From NCBI RefSeq assembly GCF_009834535.1, contig NC_045697.1, positions 49,292,001 to 49,356,000 of the forward strand: a DNA stretch of 64,000 nucleotides, in the 5' to 3' direction. Shown here piece by piece: positions 25,827 through 38,880 of this stretch; positions within the stretch are counted from its first letter, which is position 1, and every line of letters starts with the position of its first letter. Under the pieces are notes generated by a model. It searched no databases. It saw only the letters and a list, made by a program, of their open reading frames with translations, and was not told the DNA's origin. This DNA is from Camelus ferus. Taxonomy: Eukaryota. A program made the position numbers and the translations under genes.

Positions 25827-27488
25827 CTTCCCTTCCTTTCGTCTTTCCAGTTTCCCCACAGCTAAATCCACTGATTTACCAAGCTTAGCTCTACAGCTCT
25901 ACCTCAGCCTCTGGAACAGACTGGCCTGGGATTTAACACCCCGGCAATTTCTGTCTGCCCCATGCAACAACTCACTCACTGTTCTGATGAAGGAGTTTCT
26001 CCATTTGAGGTTTCAAGTCTTTTGTGTGACCAGTTTACAGATACGGGTTTTATCTTGGCCTCAATGCCACATTTTAGGTCAGTACCTGCCAAGTACACTA
26101 GGCTAAACCTAAGATGGAAGCCCTGCCTTTCCCTGAACTATCTCTACATTCCTGCAGCCTAGCTGACTCTGAAAAGACCTCCCTGATATTTTGCTAGGTT
26201 CCAAGTATCACCTGCATTTGATTTCCCACTGCAGGGTAATGCCTGCATTTGGAAAAGTATATCATTTTATACCCTGTGTTGCCAAGCACTTGCAAAGAAC
26301 ACAAGGAGACTGTATGTCCCTCACATATTGCTGAACTTCTAACACATTATATTAGATGGTTATCACCTACTTCTTAGTGATGCTGTCTGCTATAAATAAT
26401 CAGCCACATACTACTGAAAGCTAAGATAAGAAATCAAGTTTTGCCCCTATTTGTCTCTATTTGCCCAGTTGAAATTGTGCTTAATTATACCAACGTTACC
26501 AGTTCAAAGGCTAACACTTTTTTGCCATTGCTTTTCATGTGACATTCTCTTAGAGCTATACCCATCTTAAATCAACCTCTCTGTTTCCATTCTGTTCTCC
26601 CAAGGTCTGTCTCTATTTTTGCCCCTCTTAAATTTATTTCCTCAAAAAGCATCTTTCATTTTTTTGCAGTGACCTTACTATAGCTACAAACCCTTTTCTT
26701 ACTCCATTCTGGATGTTATCTTATCATGCTGATGTTTTCATTCAGGGACTGACTGTACATGAAACTTGTTTACTAACATACCAGAAATTAGATATCCAAA
26801 TGAACAGCGTTCTCCCTTGAAATACTTATGCTGAAAGCTATTGACTTATCCTAATAATGTTATGAACAATCAGAGCACTTCTGGAATTCCCTGAAATTTG
26901 CCAGTTCTGTATCTCTGTCCTTGTCCAAGAAGACCAAATCTATTTCTTTGTAAGTATCTGATCAAATACTGCAATGCCTGGCTAAATTACTATCCTCCAA
27001 AATTAGATTTACCTCCAAAGAATGAAAAATTGCTATTTCTGAGGAATTTTTTAGAATTACCTAGCCTTTGAAACTAATTACCAAAGTTTAAAATAAATGT
27101 TGAAAAAGCATCATAGCTAGAATAAATGAATGGCAGACTTGGTGTAACCTAACATAGTTATCTAACATTTAAGATTATTCTTTCACACATAAAGATAATT
27201 TCCTATCTTCTTACAGAGTTATTGTAGGGATAAAATGAAAAAGTATATGATATCTCTGAAACCCATAAAAAGTGAATAAATGTAAGATATTCATGTTCAT
27301 GCCTTACTGCTGCAAATTCAAATGGATTCAAAGTAAGTATTAAGACTTACTCATTTTGGGGACTCTGACTTAAGGATTATGTTGACAGTTTATTTTGCAG
27401 GAGGTGCAAGGTAAGAATCCAAGTTCTATTTTTTTTTAAATTATTTCTGTTTGCAATAAAGTTCTGTTTTTCAAGAAATTCACGTTTT

Positions 27489-27690
27489 GGAAAGTGAAAC
27501 CTAACTCACTCTCATTGAAAAAAGGGAGGTGAAGGGAAATTCCATAACTCGGAAGCCACAATAAATATAAATAATACCTCTGATTCTGCAACATGGGACT
27601 TCCCCAAGGAACAGACAGCAGGCTTTGCCGAGTCAACTGTAATGTTATCCAATCAGAGTTAGAGAGGGAACGTGACTTTGCAAATAAATA
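27489..27690 (+). promoter_or_regulatory. CXCL10 proximal promoter (ISRE, kB2, kB1, TATA-like)
   Basis: ISRE GGAAAGTGAAACCTA at 27489-27503, GGGAAATTCC at 27534-27543, GGGACTTCCC at 27595-27604 and AAATAAATA at 27682-27690. This is the known CXCL10 promoter architecture. Confidence 0.92.
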
Positions 27691-27778
27691 CTGCATCCTA
27701 GCCCCACATTTTCTGAGACACTCCTCAACTCCTCAGACATTGTGAGCCTGCAGCAGAAGAACTTTCAGTCACGGCACC

Positions 27779-29309
27779 ATGAACCAAAGTGCTGTTCTTA
27801 TTTTCTGCCTTATCCTTCTGACTCTGAATGGAACTCAAGGTAAGGAACATCAAGGGATGTTTAATTTGTAAGATCAGAAATAGGACTGGGTGTAAAGTCT
27901 ATAAATATGGAAATAACTTATTTGCAAAAGTTTTACAACCTTCCTATAAATGAAGGGTAAATGAGCACAGATTCCTTCTAGTCAGAGTTTACAATCAGAG
28001 AAGCAAGTACAATGGAAGAGAAGGAGGAAGGTGGGAGCAGAAGAGGAAGAGGGATAGACAGAGAAAATGGGAGGGAATGAGGAAGGAGAATGAGACAGGT
28101 ATTTCTTCAGTAAACTTAAGTAACTATATGACCTGGGCTCAAGGGTATAATCTTACAATCTACAAGAGGCAATTTCATTCTTTCAGAGAATCAACTAATC
28201 AGTCATACAGAGCTGTGTTAGTATGGGATCATTCCTTCTCAGATTAAGTGATTATGTGACTATATGGGGGTATAGAGTCTGCTGCATACTAGCCAATCCA
28301 CATCAAATGCCTAAAATGAAAACTGTGCTAATCTCCCCTGCTACACCTGTCTCTTTTCCTGCAGAAATGCTTCTCTCCAGAACTTCACGCTGCACCTGCA
28401 TCAAGATCAGTGATCGACCTGTTAATCCGAGGTCCTTAGAAAAACTTGAAATGATTCCTGCAAGTCAATCTTGTCCACGTGTTGAGATTATGTGAGTAAA
28501 ATTGCACCTAATGATCACCTTCCTGGTTGTAATCATATATTAAATATGTAATGGTGATCACAGTAGATCAGTAAAGGGCTTGTGATGACTCTAAGACTTA
28601 TGTATAGCAAAAGGAAACTTCTACTGTGAAACCTAAATCTCTGACGTTAAAACTGTATATTCCATCTGTTTTATTGGCCCAACATTGTTTCAAATATTTT
28701 CCCTTTATTTACTTCTATAGTGCCACAATGAAAAAGAATGGGGAAAAAAGATGTCTGAATCCAGAATCTAAGACCATCAAGAATTTACTGAAAGCAATTA
28801 GCAAGCAAAGGTAGGTTTGCTATTGCTTGTAGAACTGCTCTTTGAGAAATGTCAATCTTGGGAAGTTAGAAATATTTGCATTGGGCTTTCCCGTGGAATC
28901 CTTGGCTTAAAATAATATTACCATCATGCCCTCCACTACCTCCATCTATTTTTATACTAAGGTGCCATCTTGTGTGGTATCAAAAGCTACCTTGATTACC
29001 TGTCTAGAAGTGTCAATAGGTCACTTCAACCTTGAGGCAGAGCTATAACTATCCAAGCAAAGATGCCAAATTTCCCCCAAGCCTTTCCTGGCCTTAAAAA
29101 GGCAGCCCTTGTAACCTACATAAATTGTGCAGCAGCAGGAAAGCATACCAGATTTCACCTAAGTACTTGGAATTACCTATGAATTCAGTGTGTTTCAAGC
29201 AGAACTCAGATTGTTTCAGAAAGAACTCAGACTGAAGTCAGAGTCTTTTACACCCTCTTTCTCTTCTTACAGGTCTAAAAGATCTCCTCAAACACAGAGA
29301 GAGGCATAA
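27779..29309 (+). CDS. CXCL10: C-X-C motif chemokine 10 (IP-10), 104 aa, 4 exons
   Basis: join(27779..27839,28365..28491,28721..28810,29273..29309), GT-AG introns, exons 61/127/90/37 nt. Protein: MNQSAVLIFCLILLTLNGTQEMLLSRTSRCTCIKISDRPVNPRSLEKLEMIPASQSCPRVEIIATMKKNGEKRCLNPESKTIKNLLKAISKQRSKRSPQTQREA*. Confidence 0.98.
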
Positions 29310-30030
29310 TCACTGCACTACTGATAATGAAGGACCAGAGAGAAGCTACCTCTGACAACATTTCCCTACATACAATATACATGAAGCCCTAAATGTCCAT
29401 GGATTGCAGTTCTCCTAAAAGGTGACCAACCACAGTCACCAAATTAGCTGCTACCACCCCTGCAGGGCAGTGGATGGTTCATCATTAGTACTATACTATA
29501 AGCTATGCTGAGGCGCTACACTCTTAGTGAACATGCCAAGTCCTAGCCCTCACCTTTCCTATCTTCTAAAGGTTATTACAGGATCCTTCCAACTCTGGGC
29601 TTATTAGAATTCTTAGAATCTCAAATAACTAAAAGGTATTCAATCAAAGCAATAATACAATACACTTTTTAAAGAAAGATCTTTACTCTGTGGGCTTCTA
29701 CTGCCATTCTTTCAAGGGGCCCACATTCTTCTGGTGGTTATACACACAATACACAGAAGCAGCTAGAAATATCTGGAAATGTGAAAACAGTATTATTTAG
29801 TGAAAGACTATACAATGTAGAATCCTTAGGTGTATGTGTTTCTTATATTGTTTTCAGTGTTTATAGAATACATGTAATAAAGTACTACGATGGGAGAAAT
29901 TTTCAAATTTAGATACATGTTCTGCACATTATGTAAGACAAATGTGATGGATGTTTTTAAAAAACAAAAATGATGTTCTCTCCTAGAAATATTAAGAAAG
30001 ATTATTTAACTGCTTAGAGACCAAAAAACT

Positions 30031-30036
30031 AATAAA
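30031..30036 (+). terminator. CXCL10 polyadenylation signal
   Basis: AATAAA followed by GTAATTATAACTAA and a downstream GT-rich element. Confidence 0.8.
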
Positions 30037-30489
30037 GTAATTATAACTAAGATGAAGTGTCTGGTGTGTCACTTGACTGGGATATTTACTTCATAAAAAG
30101 TTTGGATTGGAGAATCCTTAGCCTAGAGAAGTAGAGGATGGGTAGAGGACAAATGAGTCTGAGAATTACCATATTCCTTCTAATTATAGTCTCTTAAAAG
30201 GGCCATCATTTGGCATAACAGAGGCTTGGCTTGAGCTTCAGATCCTGAGAATCAACTTTCTATGAGACATTTCCAACTGGATAAATCATAGGAAGATCAA
30301 ACTCCAAAATATCTTAATTCCTCTCTCCCCCAGATCTATTTCTCCTCCTCTACTCTATACCCCAGTTTAACAGCACCATCATCCACTCAGTTCCCCAAAC
30401 AGAAATCTGGGAGTAATTCTACTCTCCTTCTCCCTCATCTCCCATATCCAATTAATCACTAAGAAGGTATTTCCAATGCATTTAGTTAA

Positions 30490-31560
30490 CAAATTACTAG
30501 TATCTAGAACATATAAAGAACTCCTATGAATAAAAAAGGAAAAGGTAGACCACCAGTTGAAAAACAAGAAACAGAAACGAATAGGAATTTCAAAAAAGAA
30601 AAAAGCACAAGCCCTTAACATATGAAAAAATGCTCAACTTCATTAGTAATCAGGGACATGTATATTCAAACCATTAAGGCATACTATTCCATACCACCAG
30701 ACTAGAAAAAATCTTTAAGTTGGGTAATACCAAGTGTCAGGAAGGTATCTAGAGCAATGAGGAATGCCCTTCCACTTCTAGTGGAAGAGAAAATACCTAT
30801 GACTACTATAAAAACCAATTTAGTATATCTTATACAACTTAACATGGGCACACTCTATGCCCTAGCAATTCTACTACTATGTATACACCATAGATAAATT
30901 CTTACATATGACATATACGAGAGAATGTTACAGCAGCATTGTTTGTAATGATAAAACTCTGGCTATAAATCCAAATGTCCATAAATAGAGTAGATAAGTA
31001 AATTAGGTATGTTAATTCAATGGACTATCACACAATGTGGAAATAAATGAAATACAACTCTACACATTAACACGGATGAATTTCAAAAATAATTCTGCAC
31101 AAAAGAAGCATCACAGAAAAGTACACGCAGCATGATTCCATTTACTATAAAGTTTTTAAGCAGGCAATGTAAACGCTGTGCACAGACCTTTGAACAACAT
31201 GAGTTTGAACTACGTGGGTCCACTTATAGTTCTTTCAACACATACTACATGATCCACAGTTGGCTGAATCCACAGATGCGGAACCACAGATACAGAGAGC
31301 TGACTGTAAAGTTATACATGGATTTTCAACTGTAGTGGGGACGGTTGGTGCCCCTAATCCCTGCGTTGTTCAAGGGTCAGCTGTATTTGGGAGTAAAGAC
31401 ATATATGATGAAAACAAAAAACAAAGGAATGATTCCCATAAAATTCAAGATGGTGGTTATTTCAGGAGGCAAAAAGGAAACACAATCAGGGAAGAGCACA
31501 TAAGGAGCTTCTGGACTAGGTAAAGTTCTATTTCTTATCCAGGTAATGGGTGCATGAGAA
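30490..31560 (+). mobile_element. Old L1ME-like ORF2 end and 3'UTR
   Basis: Degraded L1 3' motifs: atgaaaaaatgctcaacttcattagtaatcaggg, cagcagcattgtttgtaat, aaatgtccat. Confidence 0.7.
31181..31383 (+). mobile_element. MER8/Tigger2-like non-autonomous DNA transposon
   Basis: Termini GACCTTTGAACAAC...GTTGTTCAAGGGTCAGCTG are terminal inverted repeats. Internal gtttgaactacgtgggtccacttata. Confidence 0.8.
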
Positions 31561-32342
31561 TTTGCTCTTTAATCTGTACTGAAACATTTTAATTTCTTAA
31601 TAAATGCTCTATGTTACAGTCTAAGTTTTCTACAAAGAATATTTTTTACTGTCTTTAAGTAGAAGAAAAAAATTAAAAGAAATTGAAACTAATTTTCAAA
31701 GATTGAATTTTAAGTGCCAATCTTAAAAGGCTAGAGTTTATGTTCTCAGTGACCTTCATGAAAACTAATCATCTCTGAAAAAGATCTGAACTGAAAACAG
31801 TCTCACAGATACCAAAACGTCTTTCTCCACACTAGACTAAAACTTAATGGCTTGTGTTAAATAAAAATTATTGATCTACTAGTGAATATATTTCAGGTCA
31901 CCAGATAATAATGTGTGGTCACCCTGCTTACTCTCTTGCCTGCTACAGTTTATTCACTACACAACAGCCAGTTATTTATAAAACATAAGATTATGGCTCT
32001 CCCCTGATTTCATCTTCCAATAGCACTCCACCACACTTTAAATGAAATCCAAAATTCATCACAGTCTGTAAGGCTCTGCATAGCATAACTCTCCCACTTT
32101 ATTCCTACCACTCTCTGCCTCCACCTTTCTACTCCAATTATACTGGCCTCCGACTGCTGCTCAAGTACAGCAAAAGTACTCCCATCACTTCCACACTCAC
32201 TCCCTCACTTCATTCCTTAACTCTGTTCAAGTATCACCTTCTCAGAGAAGGCTTTCCTCACCAACCTATTGAAAATAGCACCATTCCTATCACTCTCAGT
32301 CTAATTATTCTTTCTTATAGCTTTTATCACTATCTGTAAACA

Positions 32343-32577
32343 AAGCTGATCTTTGAACATTTCAGCAGTTAGGCATACCAACCTCCACCAACACAGACAA
32401 AAATCCAAGTGTAACTGTCTAGTTGGCCCTCCAGTTCCATGGTCTCCTGTATCCACAGTTCCACATCCATGGATTCAACCAACCAGGGAACAGTGTAGAA
32501 CTGCAGTACTTATTGAAAACAATCTGCTTATAAGTGGACTCATGCAGTTCAAATCCATGTCGTTCAAGGGTCAACTG
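32343..32577 (-). mobile_element. MER8/Tigger2-like element in the opposite orientation, inside an L2 remnant
   Basis: AGCTGATCTTTGAACA...TATAAGTGGACTCATGCAGTTCAAA...GTTCAAGGGTCAACTG is similar in reverse complement to 31181-31383. Confidence 0.8.
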
Positions 32578-33884
32578 TGTATATTTATCGGTTTATTCTC
32601 TATCCCCACAAAGCTGTATAAAAGCTGGGACTACACCTGTCTAACTTACATTGTATCCATAGTATTGACAGGAACATTGGGTGCACCATAATGCTCAACA
32701 AATACCTGTTGACTGAATGAGTAACTGAATTACTGAAATTTGCCATAGCTAGAATCCTTTGGAAATCAGCATTCTCTCCAAAGACAGGCTAACTTTCCAA
32801 AGACATTAGATAACTCTTAAACCTTAGGAGAAAGTAAACTTGGAAATAAAGAGAAGCTTACTACTTTTGTTGAATCACCAGATAGGCACAAAAAGAACGA
32901 TGGCCTTCTCCCATTACAATATTCAATATGTGTATTAGCAATCTGTTTACTAGACTAGGAGAGACCCCTATGTAAGAAGGGAACTAAGGTTTTTAAGGAG
33001 GAGCTTACATGACTTTTAAAGATAAAAGTGCTTTAAAACTAAGTTTAATGTTTTAATAGCAGCAACAGCTGTTAAGAGGAGGGGAAATCCATGCTCCTCA
33101 GGGTTTCATTCTGAGAGACACTTCTTTCAAAATCAAAACTAATTTGTATTATTTTCACTTGTGATAGAAACAAGCATGTTGTTTACATATTATGCAACAT
33201 TCTCCCAGGACACTCAAATCTAATTAGAGACACTATGGCATGGCCATCTCGTTTCCTTGGCTCAGATGCAAGAGAGAAATTCCTTCAGTTAACTTTAGAA
33301 TGGGAAAGGAGGATAAAAGAAAAGAAGACGAAAAAAGTTTAACACCAACCTGAGCTTAAGGAAAGTTAAAAAGTCTTTGCAATGCCATCATTCCCCAAGC
33401 AGAAGACTTTTATCTTGGAATGTGTGGTTTTTAGGGTTCAACAACTTCCCAAAATTGTAATTAAAATGTATAAATGTTCACATATCCTTACCTTTTAATA
33501 GAGTCTCATAGAGTTCTATAACCTACAAAAGGTTAAAAACCATGAATCATTCACCACAGGCCTTGAACAGACCATATTAGTTTACAGAACAGTCACATCA
33601 GATGATAGGGACATCAGTTATGTACTTCATATCTGTGTAATCTTACATGCAAAAGACACTGGAAATTTCTGGCTAGTTTGGTGATTTACTTAAGAAACCT
33701 GAACTGACATCACAAGCTGTGGGCCCTAAATGAGATATTAATAGTTCTTATTTCCAAGGTATTCCTAGAATTTCAAGACTATCTGGTCTATTTTACTAAC
33801 CATAATAACACTTTTTTACTTCTAGAAGCACTGAAGTACAAACTTGCTCTGTTGTTAGAAACTAAAGACCTCCTTCAAATTACA

Positions 33885-36800
33885 TGATCACAAAAAACAA
33901 AAAGAACTCAAGCATAATACAAAAGAAAATCATCAAACCAAGAAAAAAGAAACAAAGAAGAAATACAGTATCAACTAGAAAACAAGGTTGTAAAATTGCA
34001 ATAAACACATATCTATCAATAATTACCATTAATGTCAATGGACTAAATGCTCCAATCAAAAGGCATATAGTGGCAGACTGGGTAATAAAATAAGAGTCTA
34101 CAATACACTACCTATAAGAGACCCACTATAGGGTGATGGACACACATAGACTGAAAGTGAAGGAATGGAAAAAGATACTACCTGAAAATGGAAATGACAA
34201 GTGAGTGTAGCAGTACTCATATCAGACAAAACAGACTTTAAAACAAAAGCAGTAAAGAAAGATAAAGAAGGATACTAAATAAGGATAAAAAGATCAACAC
34301 AAGTAAGGGACATTATACTCATTAACATATATGCACCCAATATAAGAGCACCTAAATACATAAAACAAATATTAACATACATAAAGGAGAAACTGGTGGG
34401 AATACAATTAATAGTAGATTTTAACACCCCACTAACATCAATGAACAGATATTCCAGACAGAAAATCAATAAGGCAACAGAGATCCTAAATGACACAAAA
34501 GAACAGTTAGACTCAATTGATATTTTCATGATATTACATTAAAAAAAGGGAAAACAAAATATACATTCTTTTCAAGTGTACACGGAACATTCCCTAGAAT
34601 AGATCACATACTTGGCCACAAAATAAACCTTAACAAATTTAAGAGGATAGAAATTATTTCAAGCATCTCTTCTGATCACCAACATCATGAAACTAGAAAT
34701 CAACAACAGAAAGAGAAACAAGGAAAAAAGGACTGCATGGCTATTAAACAATATGCTATTAAAAACCCATGGGTCAACCATGAAATCAAAGAGGAAACTT
34801 AAAAATACCTTGAGACAAATGACAATGGAAACACAACCACACAAAATCTATGGGATGCAGCAAAAGCAGTCCTAAAAGGGAAGATGATAGCGATAGGGAC
34901 CTTCATCAAAAAACAAGAAAAATCTCAAATAAACAACCTAATCTACCACCTAAAAGAATTAGAAAAGGAAGAACAAACAAAATGTAAAGTCAGCAGGAAA
35001 CAAATAATAAAGATCAGGGAAGAAGTAAATAAATAGAAATTTCTTAAAACAATAGAAAAATTAATAAAACCAAGAGCTGGTTTTTGGAAAGAGTAAACAA
35101 AATTGACAAGCCTCTGGCTAGGTTCACCAAGAAGAAAAGAGACAGTACCTAAATAAAATAAGAAATGAAAGAGGAGAAATTACAACCAATACCATAACAA
35201 AACAAAACAAAAAGATCATAAGAGAACACTACGAAAAATTGTATGCCAGCTTTGGACAACCTAGAAGAAATAGACAAGTTTCTAAAAACACACAGTCCAC
35301 CAAAACTGAATCAAGAAGAAATAAATAATTTGAACAGACTAATTACTAGAAGTGAAATAGAATCTGTAATTTAAAAAACTCCCTGCAAACAAAGTCCAGG
35401 ACCAGATAGCTTCACTGGGGAATTCTACCAAACATACAAAGAACTTATACTGATCCTTCTCAAACTCTTCTAAAAGACTGAAGAGGAGGGAACACTCCCA
35501 AACTCATTCTATGAAGCCAACCATTATCCTGATACCAAAACCAGACAAAGACATGGCCAAAAAAAGAAAACTGTAGGCCAATATTTTTGATGACTATAGG
35601 TGGAAAAATTCTCAACAAAATACTAGCAAACTGAATCAAACAACACATAAAAAAGATTATACACTATGATCAAGTTGGATTCATCCCAGGGTCACTGTGA
35701 TGGTTCAACATACACAAATCAATGTGATACACCGTATCAACAAAAGAAAAGAAAAAAAATCATGATCATCTCAACAGATGTAGAAAAAGCATCTGATAAA
35801 ATTCAACATCTATTCATTATTCAACATCCATTCCACTCTTACCAGAGTGGGTCCAGAGGGAACATATCTCAACCTAATAAAAACTATATATGACAAACCC
35901 ACAGCCAACATAATACTCAAGGGTGAAAAGCTGAAAGCCTTCCTACTAAAATCTTGAACAAGGATGCCCACTCCCATCACTTCTATTCAACAAACTACTG
36001 GAAATCCTAGCCAAAGCAATTAGACAAGAAAAAGAAATTAAAGGGATCCAAATTGGAAGAAAGAGGTAAAAATTTTACTATATGCAGATGACATGATACT
36101 ATATATGAAAAACCCTGAAGACTCCACAAAAACCACTAGAGCTGATAAATTCAGCAAGGTAGCAGGTTACAAGATTAACATACAGAAATCCATTGCATTT
36201 CTTTCCATTGACAATGAAATAACAGAAGTGAAAAAAAAAATCCCTTTTAAAATCAGAAAAAAAAAACCTTAGGAATAAACCTAACCAAGGAGGTGAAAAA
36301 CTTATACACTGAGAACTATAAAACACTGATAAAATTAAAGATGATTTTTAAAAATGGGAAGATATCCCACGCTCTCAGATTCGAAGAATTAATATTGTTA
36401 AAATGGCCATACTACCCAAAGCAATCTACAGATTTAATGCAATCACTATCAAATTACCCAGGACATTTTTCACAGAATTAGAATAAATAATCCTGAAATT
36501 TATAGGGAATCAGAAAAGAAAAAAAGGAATATCAAAGCAATACTGAAGGAAAAGAATGAAGTTGGAGGTATAAGCCTTCCAGATTTTAGACAATACTACA
36601 ATTTACTATTAAATACCACAGTAATTAAAACAGCATGATATTCCACAAAAACAGACATATGGATCAATGGAACAGAACAGAGTGCCCAGAAATAAATCCA
36701 CACACCTATGGTCAAATAATTTTCTACAAAGGAGGCAAGAATATACAATGGAAGGATAGTCCCTTTGGCAAGTGGTGTTGGGAAAGCTGGACAGCCACAT

Positions 36801-38203
36801 GTAAATCAATGAAGTTAGAATACTATCTCACATATGACACAAAAATAAACTCAGAATGGTTTAAAGACTTAAACATAACACCAGATACCATAAATCTCCT
36901 AGAAGAGAACATAGACAAAACATTCTGTGACATGAATCCTAACAATGTTTTCCTAGGTCAGTCTACTAAGGTAATAGGCATACAAGCGAAAACAAACAAA
37001 TGGGACCTAATTAAACTTATAAGCTTTTCCACAGCAAGGAAAACCATAAACAAAATGAAAAGACAATCTACGGACTGGGAGAAAATATTTACAAACAATG
37101 CGACTGACAAGGGCTTAAATTCTGGAATATACAAACAGATCATACAACTCAATAACAAAAAAAACAAACAAACAACCCAATCAATAAATGGGCAGGAGAC
37201 CTAAACAGATATTTCTTCCATGAAGACATACAGATGGCCAATAGGCACATGAAGACACACAATATCGCTAATTATTGAAAAAATGCAACTTAAAACTACA
37301 ATGAGCTATCACCTCACACCCATCAGAATGGCCATCATTAAAAAGTCCACAAATAACAAATGCTGGAGAGGATGTGGAGAAGAAGGAACCCCACTACACT
37401 GCTGGTGGGAATTTAAATTGGTGCAGCCACTATGGAAAACAATATGCCTAATTATTTCCCCTACACCCCCCCCAAAAAAAAGTGTTAAAGGAAGTTTTAA
37501 AAAGAAAAAAAAATAAGTTTGTGTGATTAAAAAACAGAAGACACATGGGAAAACAATATAGAGATCCCCTAAAAACCTAAAAGTGGAGTTACCATATGAT
37601 CCCACAATCCCACTCCCAGGCATATATCCTGAGAAAACTCCAAATTGAAAAGACACATGGACCCCAAGGTTCACAGTAGCATTATTTACAATAGCCAAGG
37701 CATGGAAGCAACCTAGATGTCCACTGACAGCTGACTGGATAAAGAAGTTGTGAAATACATATGCAATAAAATACTACTCAGCCATAAAAAAGAATGAAAT
37801 AATGCCATTTGCAGCAACTTTGATAGACCTAGAGATTATCACACTAAGTGAAGTCAGATGGACAAAGACAAATATCATATGAAATCACTTATATATGGAA
37901 TCTAAAAAAAAATACAAATGAACTTAGTTATAAAACAGAAAGAGACTCACAGACATAAAATAAGCTTATGGTTACCAAAGGGGGAAAGGGAGAGGGATAA
38001 ATTAGGAGTTTGAGATTAGCAGATACAAACTAATATATACAGAATAGATAAACGACAAGGTCCTATTATATAGCACAGGGAACTATATTCAATAACTTGT
38101 AATAATCTATAATGAAAAAGAATATACATATGTATAATGGAATCACTCTGCTGTACACCAAAAAACAAACACATTATAAATCAACTACACTTCAATTAAA
38201 AAA
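33885..38203 (+). mobile_element. 5'-truncated degraded LINE-1 (whole ORF2 remnant plus 3'UTR)
   Basis: Runs from IAINTYLSIITINVNGLNAPIKRH through YADDM (36080) to HCWWE, with many stops and frameshifts. TSD-like ATTACATGA at 33879-33887 and 38206-38214. Confidence 0.95.
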
Positions 38204-38880
38204 TTATTACATGAGATAAAAGGGAAACATTGCTGGAATATTTTCAATTCAATCAAATTCAACTTAGTAAATACTTACTGTGTACCCACCATCTTCAAGC
38301 TCCAATGGGGCAAACAAAGATAATCAAGATGGTATATAACCTTAAAATTATCATCTAACTGAGGAAACAGAGCAGATTTATAAACCAAGTATCACCAGCA
38401 ACAAAAGGTAGGAAACACTAATATTCATATAACCAGTATTTTAAGTAACACTGATCAAAAAAGAAATTGCTTGAAGTGATAACATTTTAGAAATAGTTAA
38501 TAGAAATACAATATGTTGAATTCAAAGGAACATGTAAATATCACTAAAACACTACACAGATACAAACAAGTTAAATTTTTAAAGATGAAATTAAAGAATG
38601 CTTATATTCTTGCAATCATGGCAGATAAACAGAAATCGAAGTCATATTTTGACTAAATGGAATAAAGGGTAAAATTGAGACTAAATTATGAATGCACCAC
38701 TCTAAATTGTGTAGCTAACAGGACTTATCTTGTTAATGATGATATTATTAAGAAAAACCTACTTAGGGACGAGTCAACCATAAGCAGAGGAAGAATAATA
38801 TACGGTCTAGCTAGCTCCACCTCAGAAGTAGTACTTGGGAGGAGTTTGGAAGGCTTTTGTACAATGAACAAGGATAGTCC

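Larger units (their letters stand above)
30170..33140 (-). pseudogene. Decayed CXCL9/11-like chemokine gene (psi-B)
   Basis: kB promoter at 33090-33081. Exon 1-like 32914-32862 (ATG...|GTAAGC). Exon 2-like 31774-31650 (AG/GT bounded, 125 nt, FHEGH*..INSS..QSLK). Possible exon 3 at 30244-30170. Confidence 0.65.
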
